Of a DNA stretch of 64,000 bases, positions 54,551 to 62,960 are shown piece by piece; position 1 is the first letter of the stretch; each line of letters begins with the position of its first letter. The notes under the pieces are model-generated. The model was not told the origin of the DNA, did not search any database, and saw nothing but the letters and a program-made list of their open reading frames with translations. The DNA is from Basidiobolus meristosporus CBS 931.73 (taxonomy: Eukaryota > Fungi > Basidiobolomycota), in NCBI GenBank assembly GCA_002104905.1, contig MCFE01000286.1, forward strand, positions 39,056 through 103,055. The letters are read 5' to 3'. A program made the translations under genes and the position numbers.

Positions 54551-55150
54551 ATGGTATATCAAATCAGAATCGTCAAAGATGAAGAAGGAATTAACCAAAT
54601 CCAAAGACTTCTTTACACGGTCTACATTGAGGAGGGCAAATGGAAGTTCAACCCTGCCAATCCAGCTGGGATAAGGATTGTGGACCATATGCTAATTGAC
54701 AACCGGGATGATATTGCGACATACTTTGGTGCATTCAGCAACAAGAAACTAATCGGCTGTTGCCGAATCTGTCCAAGACATGAAGGTTTATTTGAGATAC
54801 AGAATTACAATAGCAAAACTTTGAACCTACTGAATGCAAAGAACTTGGTGGAGGGTTCAAGGAGTGCGGTACTACCTGAGTATAGACAGCATGGAGTATT
54901 TCGTACTATGTTTCATGAAGTTCTCCAATACTGCTATCAACGAGATCTTTTGCTGTTTGTTTCTACCAGTTCAAATGAACTTCGACGTATTTTTCGAATT
55001 ATCGACTTTCCAATTGTTGAGGATTTCACATTCAAATATGAATCCCACGACCCAAAAGAGTGCCAACTCTTTGTGGCTAAATCCCGATCGGACTTACTGC
55101 ATAGTATTTCAAAACTTTGCCCCACAGTTCCACTACGTAGTCATCTCTAA
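54551..55150 (+). CDS. GNAT-fold acyltransferase resembling N-acyl amino acid synthase (FeeM) / acyl-homoserine-lactone synthase families; intronless (upstream in-frame ATG at 54350)
   Basis: IQRLLYTVYIEEGKW, YFGAF..KLIGCCRI, VEGSRSAVLPEYRQHGVF. Confidence 0.65.
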   Translation: MVYQIRIVKDEEGINQIQRLLYTVYIEEGKWKFNPANPAGIRIVDHMLIDNRDDIATYFGAFSNKKLIGCCRICPRHEGLFEIQNYNSKTLNLLNAKNLVEGSRSAVLPEYRQHGVFRTMFHEVLQYCYQRDLLLFVSTSSNELRRIFRIIDFPIVEDFTFKYESHDPKECQLFVAKSRSDLLHSISKLCPTVPLRSHL

Positions 55151-56399
55151 GCTTGATAAACTAACCTAACTGATATTTTATTCTATTTTATAATATTCTA
55201 TCTTTGATTAATGATTAATTGCACCTTATTTTATATTAACCCAACTGTTTAACAATACATGGTTATACAACTTACATATTATCCTAGCTTTTGATCTGTG
55301 TATGCATTTAATGAGGTCCTGATATTTTCCTGCTCCACTATTTAGCATTCATACATATGATTTTCTATCAATTAAAATATCATAAAGCAAATTAACAAGC
55401 ACAAGAATGACTATCTAATATAAAGCCATCCTGTAGGCTCATCTACTATGGCTAAAATTTAAGTACATTAGACTTGTTATCTTTTGTTGTGCTAGATCAT
55501 TCTTAGCATGCTACACTCCAGATAGTTCTTGAGCATTTCAGAGCATTCATCATTTTTCTGTTGCTTGTCCTATGCTGAACTTTACAATTATCTTTAATCA
55601 ACTTATAGTACATTACTTTTTGTTCTGCTACTATACTTCTCCATACCTTACCATATCTGACTCTCTTGATAGAAATATTGGAAAATACAAATACACTGTA
55701 GTTATTGATATTTGAGCTATTTCTTGATATGCATTTTTTGTCAGATTTGACAAAATCAACTTAATGATCAGAGCATAATAAAGTGATTTGGAGATGATGT
55801 GGCATGCTCATATTGTGGTAGATTTTGTAATTGCACCAAAATGCTTACCAAATTTGGTTCATAGATCATAGACTATGGATCTAAAAGAAATCTCACTAAA
55901 TTACTAGTCAGGATTTAATTGCAATATTTTGCCAATATCATCAGGTATCTAGCCCATGAAATATCTCCAAGCTATGCAAACCACCTCTGGCTTAGCACAC
56001 ATGCTCTTGGTACCTCCCTGAGCACAATATATATGTTTGCTCTGCTATTATCATATAAATGTATAGCCACCTCTTTTACACCTAAAAATCATCAAATGAA
56101 AGCCATTTAGTATATTTGCTCTCCTAATCATTTCTAACATCCTCAAACCCTAACTTTGAGTTGTGTGCCCTAAGCTGCTGCTACATGGTCTATCTACTAC
56201 CATTATTACTTTGATTTTTCCCTTAGCCAAAAAGCTGGATGGAACTAGAAACTAAGTCTGGAAGGCAACAATGAATGTGGTGATACAGGAAATGGGCCGT
56301 TAAGACTTATCATAGCATTAAGACTTCTTCTACAGCACCTTCAGGAGGGTATTCATCTCACATAACAGTATCCCAAAGTTGGAACCCATTGGATTCTCA

Positions 56400-56960
56400 G
56401 CTGGCATTTTGCAGGTATTTTGGCAGAATATTGTTGGATTGGGGAGGATAATTATCACTAAAGGGTGGAACCTTTATTTATATCATAAATAATGAAGCCA
56501 AGTTTGAATATGAATATCTGAGATGCAGAAAGCCTACAAGATAAACTTGGACTTTGCTGTTTCCTAAATATCCTCAATTTCATAGTCTTGAGGAGAATAT
56601 AGCAATACTGCATATTCACCATGGAGTTTCTTGAGGAAGTTTGTGACTTGAAGGGAAGGACAATTTTTCAACAAACTAGTATATCTTTTGAGAAGTTCTA
56701 TTCCCAGAGAGAATGGTACAAAGAGTGGAAATTCTAAATGATGTTTGAACATGTGCTCTGAAAGCTCCCAATCCAGCATATTCTTGACTTCTTCTGCAAA
56801 ATCTTCAACAATATCCTTTTCAAGAATAACCTCTAAGAGATCCATGGCAGTGTACAGAATGCATATAATATTAGGTATATGAATACCTTGATCCTTGGGG
56901 TGTTTTCTTTGTTCTAGTATTGCAAGATAAGAGTTTGGGGGATGATAATCACCAAATTGT
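56400..56960 (-). mobile_element. Degenerate relic of a related LINE ORF1 C-terminal region
   Basis: LLEVILEKDIVEDFAEEVKNMLDW..PSLQVTNFLKK aligns with ILEVILDQNIADPFVAFVEKNLNW..PSYDVAYFLKN of ORF1. Confidence 0.65.
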
Positions 56961-57110
56961 TAAGGGAGACAGTCACCTACAGGTGAAATCTTTATTTCAA
57001 CTGAAGCAAAGAAGCCAGCTCTACTGTGGTAGCTTTAATAGAAGAGTGTGTAGCTGAGGGGAATCTGTAGGTAAATCTATAAGGAGAGACAATGATTCTT
57101 CAGTGCTTGT
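56960..57110 (-). mobile_element. Diverged 3'-end fragment of the LINE
   Basis: TTAAGGG-AGACAGTCACCTACAGGTGAAATCTTTATTTCA...GAGTGTGTAGCTGAGGGGAAT. Confidence 0.85.
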
Positions 57111-57780
57111 TGTATCCAAAAGAAAAGTGTAATAAAATGTTTGAATGAGTTAACTGAGCCTAAGTGACAACTAAGTGCAGAATCTTAGAATTGTCAAGAG
57201 TGACAGAAATATTAGCAGGGAGGTTCTGGTCTAACATTTGTGTTTATATAGAGCTGTGTTGGGCTATAAAGGCAACAGAGTAGGTTTGCTATGCAGGCTA
57301 GGCTTAGTGTTCTTGAGAGTGCTAGATATGCTAAGCTTGGGAAGAAATTAGAATGGATTTGTTGAATTCCTAATTTTGTTGAGACATGCACTAAACCAAA
57401 ATGTTCAGTAAACTTTATTTATACTTTTCTGATTGAGTTGCATTAGTAAGCGCCAAGAGACTGGACTAATTGAAATCTGTTGGGGTGTTGATAGGTGCAT
57501 AAGATAGATGAAAAAATGCATCATTAATCAGCTGATGTCTTGGCAACTGCTAAGTGAGTTGGATAAATCTCAGATGACTAATCACTTGGAAAGGCATTAG
57601 CAGATCAGTTGAGGACATGTAATGTCCACATGTAAATTGATCAGGTGTGACAGCTAAATATAGATTCTGAGAAGTGATAAAATAAACCATAACAGGATTA
57701 GTTATGCTTGGTTAGGGAAATCAGTTAGGGTACTATATTTTCTAACAGAGTGATATTGGCCAATTTTAAATGTTGATGCA

Positions 57781-57942
57781 CAACAGTGCTCAAGAACAGT
57801 TCAGTGAGAAAGTAGCAAGAGAGCAGAATGACTTGTGAACACATTATGAGGAATGTGATAGATTGATATTTATCATAAGAGTGTTAAGGAAGTCACCAGT
57901 GTGAATCTTATTACTATGACAGTATCTAGAGCCAGTATCTGA
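57781..57942 (-). repeat. Homopolymer-shortened copies of a LINE segment (57781-57880) and of the partner-element 3' end (57881-57942)
   Basis: Matches 58088-58200 and 62528-62605 once runs of identical bases are shortened. Confidence 0.7.
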
Positions 57943-58007
57943 GTTAGGGGGGGAGACAGTCACCAACAGGTGAAATCTTTATTTCAGTTGAAACAAAGAA
58001 GCCAGCG

Positions 58008-60779
58008 CTACTGTTGTAGCTTTGATACAAGAGTGTGTAGCTGAGGGGAATTTGTAGGTAAGTTAATAAGAAGTGATGATAGTTCTTCAGTGCTCAAGAC
58101 ACTGTTCAGTGGGAAGGGGGGTAGCAAGAGAGGTAAGAATGACTTGTGAACAACATTAATGAGGGGAATGTGATAAGGATTGATATTCATCATAAAGGGA
58201 GTGTGCTGCTGCAGATATTGCTGCCAAAGGTCTGTCAAGTACTTCAGGTAGGCCAGCTTGGGTTTTTCTGACTGCAGAATATAGTGAGCAAACTTCTTGA
58301 CTTCAGGATCTCCAAGTATAGTTCTCCAGCAGGAGTCCAGGTGTTGTGTGGTGTGTTCTCTTCCAGGCCTTAATCAGTGGGTTGTTGCAGTTGTGAAGTC
58401 TGAGGTATAATCTGGTTCTAAGGTAGAGAAGTCTGATCTTATAGGGCATAAACCCAAAAGCACCAAGAATAGCATGTCTGTAGGGGCATTCAGGCAAATG
58501 AGGCACCAAGGAGGTAATGCACCATACTGCAAACTTGTCAAGCTTAGTGCAGTCTCTAGAAGTAAGAGAGAGAAGTGGTAAGCCAAATTCCAGGACAGGG
58601 AAGACAAACTGCTTGAGTAGAAGGAGGCAGCTGGGAGCTGAAGTTGTAGGAGGAGTAACAGCCAGTAGCTTGTGGAGTGCCTGTCTTGCCAGGATAATTC
58701 TCTTCTTCAGGTGTGCTCCAGAGTCTAGTCCAGTAGGAAGGAAAGGAAAGCCAAGATATGTAGCAGAAACCTGAGCAGGTAGAGTGGAGTTCTCCAAGTT
58801 GATGGGAGAGCCCAAAGGTACTGTCTTTGCAATGGAAAGCTGGAGATTATTCTTCTGCAGATACTGGTGGATGGTCTGGGAGTCTTGTTGCACATTGGAG
58901 GAGGATATTCTGATGTCATCAGCAAAGAGAGTAACCAGGCAGTCAGCTGAGAGTCTTGGGAAATCATTCAGGAAGATGGCAAACAGTATAGGACCAAGCA
59001 CAGAGCCTTGAACCACTCCATTAGGAACTGAGAACACAGCTGATTGCTCACTTGGGTGCAGAATTCTTGCTTGTGGATCCAGAAACAGAGACCTGACAAG
59101 GAGGGTGAGAGAGGTACTGGAGAAGCATTGCAACTTGGACCAAAGCAGATTTCTGTCAACTGAATCAAAGGCCTTAGTAATATCAAACAGAACAGAGGGA
59201 TACTTGCACTGGAGAGAGTGATCTTGGCTAAGTATGACTGCATATTCCAAGGAGAGGCCAGGAACAAAGCCAAACTGTGCAGGATGAAACTTGAGAGAGT
59301 CAGAGTAGAGCTCCTGAGCAAGCAGAAGCTCAAACACCTTTCTGCAGGTGGGCAGCAGAGATATTGGCCTGTAGGAGCTAGGATCCAGGTGCTTTCCTTT
59401 ACCCTTGTACAGTGGCAGAACATTTGCAAAGGACCATTCCTCAGGAGTAGAAAGCTGGGCTGAGCATTGCTGAAACAGTGGAAGCAGAAGTGCAGACATG
59501 GCCTTGGTACTAGTCTTCAGAAGCTCATAGGAGATTGTGTCCACACCTGGAGCAGTAGAGTTGGGAAGCCTCTTGAGCACATTATGGATTCTCCTTTGAT
59601 CAAGTGCAAGTGGGATGGGCAGAGTCTTGAAGTCAGGATGAAAGCCAGGAGTTGAGTACTGCTTTGTAGAGAAGAAGATGTTAGCCAGCTGTTCTGTTGA
59701 AGGTAACTTCCTGGAAGAGGGCCTCATTGCCCTGTAGAGTCTTGATACTGTTCTTGTTATAGAGTTGGAAGATTGCAGAGGCAAAGAACTCATAATATGA
59801 TCCCAGAGCTGAGTATGCAGAGTGTGGTGAATTGCCTTGGAGTGGTGTATTGCTGTCAGGAGGAGTTTCTCTGTTTTTGGGTTAGGGAAACTCAGGTAGC
59901 TTTGTTGCAGGGCTGAAACAATGGATTCCCATTTTCTTGAGGTAACAGCAGTAGTCTTGCATGGCAGTGAGAGGGAGGCAGACACCAGAATCAGATGCTT
60001 CACAAAGAGCCAGGCATAGTTGAGATCATCTGGCAGAGAAAGTAGCAAACTGGCAAGCTTCAAGTAGTTCCCAAAGTCTTTCTTCTGATTCTTGGTAGCT
60101 TTGTGGGTGAGCACAGTAAGTTTTGGCAGCTTCTTCTTCACAACTGGTTGCATAGAAAGGGACCAGGCTGGGTGGTCAGAGGCTCTCAAGGATCCTAGCT
60201 CAGCTCCAGAGAATTGCTTAACTTCATTCCACAAAGTAGAGGGCAGCAGCAGAAGGGCAGATCCAGTCAACACATCTTTTCTCAGATTGAGCACCTAGTG
60301 CTAGCAGATGGCTTTCTCTCAGGAAGTTCAGTAGGAATGTAGACCTTGGCTTCATTCTTGCAGTCAGAGTAGTCTTGTTCTCAGGATGGGGAATGTTGAG
60401 ATCTCCAAGCAAGATAACAGGTGTTGATATAGATTGCTTGGTATTGCTGAACCTTCTGGCATATAACTTGCACTTCCTGAAGGGCAAGACTTGGAGGCAG
60501 ATAGCAGAGCACCAGACTGATAGTTGGCAACTGGAGAGCAGCACAGTAAGGGGAGTAAAGAGGAACACAGAGCTGAGGAGTATTGATGGTAGAAGAGATG
60601 AAGCAGATAGAGGAGGTATTCTTTGTTCTAGGAGTAGAAAAGCAATATAGATTAGTCAAAAGTATAGAGGGTAGCTGGACATCAATCAAACACAGGAGGG
60701 AAAATCTTGAAAGAAGTCTCTCTAGAGTTGGTCTTGATGGCTGTATGCTGTTGCAGTTAAGCAACAGAACTTCAGGTAG
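58008..60779 (-). CDS. LINE ORF2: APE endonuclease + reverse transcriptase, with 3 frame breaks in this copy
   Basis: LLNCNS, CYLPP, VILLGDLN, VDWI, SDH; APGVD, YRPISLL, QFGF, DITKAFDSV, GVVQGSVLGP, FADD, YLG. Confidence 0.9.
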
Positions 60780-62288
60780 TCAGGCAGAGGTTGTAGCTTC
60801 TTCAGAGGCAGCATTGACAATGTGACCTGCAGAGTCCCAGAGCTCTTCAAATGGTGCATCACTTAAGTCAGCAAGGAGGGAAATGGCATGATTCTTGAGG
60901 AAGTATGCCACATCATAGGAGGGGGCTTGTCTCTTGATGGCAGCAAAGAAAGACAGAATGGCAACATGGGCTGGAGGCTTGTTGAACAGTAGAGAGTCAG
61001 AGGATTCAGATTCTTCAGGCACTATCTTGAAGTCAGTTTTCAGCCAGTTAAGGTTCTTCTCCACAAAGGCAACAAATGGGTCAGCAATGTTTTGGTCTAG
61101 GATAACCTCCAGAATCTTCCCTTTTCTCCAGGCCAGGTTGACAATTCTTGAGAGCTGAATATTGCATGCCTTGAGTGCTTTCCTGATGTTGGAAATGGGA
61201 GTCCAGGGAACTTGCTTCAAGTACACCACAGTCCAGGTAGAAGCTGGTGGTAGGTTTGCTGGGGGCTTGTAAGTCCTTCTGTGTTGCAATGGAGCTGCAG
61301 TAGTCAGATTGGAGTCCACATTCTCAGTAGAAGGTTTTCTTGATGTGTCTTGCTGAATGGTACTGGAGCTGGATGTGCTGATAATTCTTGCTAGAACCTT
61401 GCCTGCATAAGTCTGAGGTATAGCTGAGGTGACTGTAGAGGTGGTGGCAGCTGGTGCAGGTGGAGAGGCAGAGACTGAAGCAGGAACTGAGGTCACCTGG
61501 GAGAAGGCAGTAGAAGCAGGTTTTCTGGGAGGAACAGAGTTCACTATCCAGTTGTTCTGTAAAACACTGGAGTAGCTTTTCTGTGGAACAGGATCTTGCT
61601 CTTGAACAGGAACAGAAGCAGGAGGCTGGGGCTGAGCAGTAGTGGTAAGGCAGTGGCACTCCAAGGAAGCTTTTTGCAAGGCATCTCTGGCAGTTTTCAG
61701 GGCAGTATTGGCTTCATTCTTGAGCTTCTTGCATTGGGCATCCAGTCTCTTGTTTTCAATAGCCAGGGCAGTATTGGCAGCCTCTAAATCAGCAATTCTC
61801 TTCTCAATTGCAAGGAATCTCTGAAGAAATGCATCAGTAGAAGTGCTGGCATCTGGGAGAGCAGTGGCAGGAATAGACTCCATTGACAGTGGGCTTCTTG
61901 GAGGCAAGGAAAGTGGACTGGCAGATTCAGGCACAAAAGGAGATATCCTGGCAGGAGGAGAAGGAGTATCCAAGGCAGTAACAGAGGCAATTCTTGTTGG
62001 TGAAGCAGCAGCAGGGGAGGCAAGCCTGTTCAGAAACTGGGCAGGAGAGAGTGCTTGAGGAGAGGGAGTCTTCAGCTTGCCAAGCATGTCTTCCATCAGA
62101 GTGATACCAATATTCCTGGTGCATTTGCAGAGAAAAGTAAGCTTCCTGAGTCTGCCAGCTCTTCCATTCCTTCTGATAGTTCCTTTGTTTCCACAGTTGG
62201 GGCAAGAAATCTTCTTGACAGACTTGTCAAAGCAATCAAGAACCTTCCTTTCAGGTGTAGTGGGCTCCTGTTGAGGTTTTGGTGGCAT
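60780..62288 (-). CDS. LINE ORF1 (502 aa from the first ATG): Cys zinc-ribbon, coiled coil, S/P/T linker, C-terminal folded domain
   Basis: Open frame; CPNC..FLCKC; heptad-rich segment IEKRIADLEAANTALAIENKRLDAQCKKLKNE; position directly upstream of ORF2. Confidence 0.82.
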   Translation of the reverse strand: MPPKPQQEPTTPERKVLDCFDKSVKKISCPNCGNKGTIRRNGRAGRLRKLTFLCKCTRNIGITLMEDMLGKLKTPSPQALSPAQFLNRLASPAAASPTRIASVTALDTPSPPARISPFVPESASPLSLPPRSPLSMESIPATALPDASTSTDAFLQRFLAIEKRIADLEAANTALAIENKRLDAQCKKLKNEANTALKTARDALQKASLECHCLTTTAQPQPPASVPVQEQDPVPQKSYSSVLQNNWIVNSVPPRKPASTAFSQVTSVPASVSASPPAPAATTSTVTSAIPQTYAGKVLARIISTSSSSTIQQDTSRKPSTENVDSNLTTAAPLQHRRTYKPPANLPPASTWTVVYLKQVPWTPISNIRKALKACNIQLSRIVNLAWRKGKILEVILDQNIADPFVAFVEKNLNWLKTDFKIVPEESESSDSLLFNKPPAHVAILSFFAAIKRQAPSYDVAYFLKNHAISLLADLSDAPFEELWDSAGHIVNAASEEATTSA

Positions 62289-62527
62289 ATCCAGAGTTTC
62301 AGCTTCAAATTTCAATTTTTGAGATTTTTGGGTGATTTTTGATGGGCGGGATCAAAATTAGGGTTAGGGTTGCGCGCTGTGACTGCTTTTTACGATCGCA
62401 AGGTCAGAACCTAGGAAAAAATAAAAATAGTTAGTAAAGGTGATTTAATGGATGGATGGATGGATTCAGAGTCAGATTCAATCAAAAAATCAAATCGTTG
62501 ACTAGAAAATAAAATAGTTAGTAAGTA

Positions 62528-62960
62528 GGTTAGGGGGAGAAAGTCACCAAGTGGTGAAATCTTTATTTACTTATGACAAGTATCTAAAGAGCCAAGTTAA
62601 TCTGAAGTTATTCCTAGAAAGCTAGGTCTGAGAGATATCTTCTTAGGGTTAGGGGGAGGAAAGTCACCAAGTGGTGAAATCTTTATTTACTTATGACAAG
62701 TATCTAAAGAAGCCAAGTTAATCTGAAGTAATTCCTAGAAAGCTAGGTCTGAGAGATATCTTCCTGGTAAGCCAGGTCTGAGAGTTGAGAAGCTGAGTGG
62801 TACTATACTTCCTAGTTAGCTAGGTCTGAGAGAGGTTTCCTGGAAAGCCAGGCCTGAGAAGTGAGAATCTGAATATATCTGAGCTAAGTTATACTGGTTT
62901 GTGGTAGCTGAATTGTGGCCGGAATGGCCAGTAGACTAGGGGAACTGAGATGAATTTCTG
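62528..62960 (-). mobile_element. Two tandem copies (about 110 and 305 bp) of a non-coding partner element sharing the LINE 3' terminus, each preceded by TTAGGG
   Basis: GTTAGGGGG-AG(G)AAAGTCACCAAGTGGTGAAATCTTTATTT at 62529 and 62648; five CCTRG-N4-CYAGG palindromes. Confidence 0.8.

Larger units (their letters stand above)
57943..62371 (-). mobile_element. Full-length telomere-repeat-associated LINE (ORF1 + APE-RT ORF2), copy 1
   Basis: Left junction GTTAGGG (57943-57949), right TTAGGGTTAGGGTT (62358-62371). The 5' region may extend to about 62527. Confidence 0.9.

Noticed and set aside
59879-59887. GGGTTAGGG inside LINE ORF2
   Set aside because: It encodes FPNP in the open frame and has no junction; treated as chance.
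62435-62456. (GGAT)4 microsatellite near the LINE 5' end
   Set aside because: Too short to interpret on its own; probably part of the element's 5' region.
62528-62760. CRISPR-like appearance of the spaced repeats
   Set aside because: Eukaryotic context, no unique spacers and no cas genes; these are tandem element ends.
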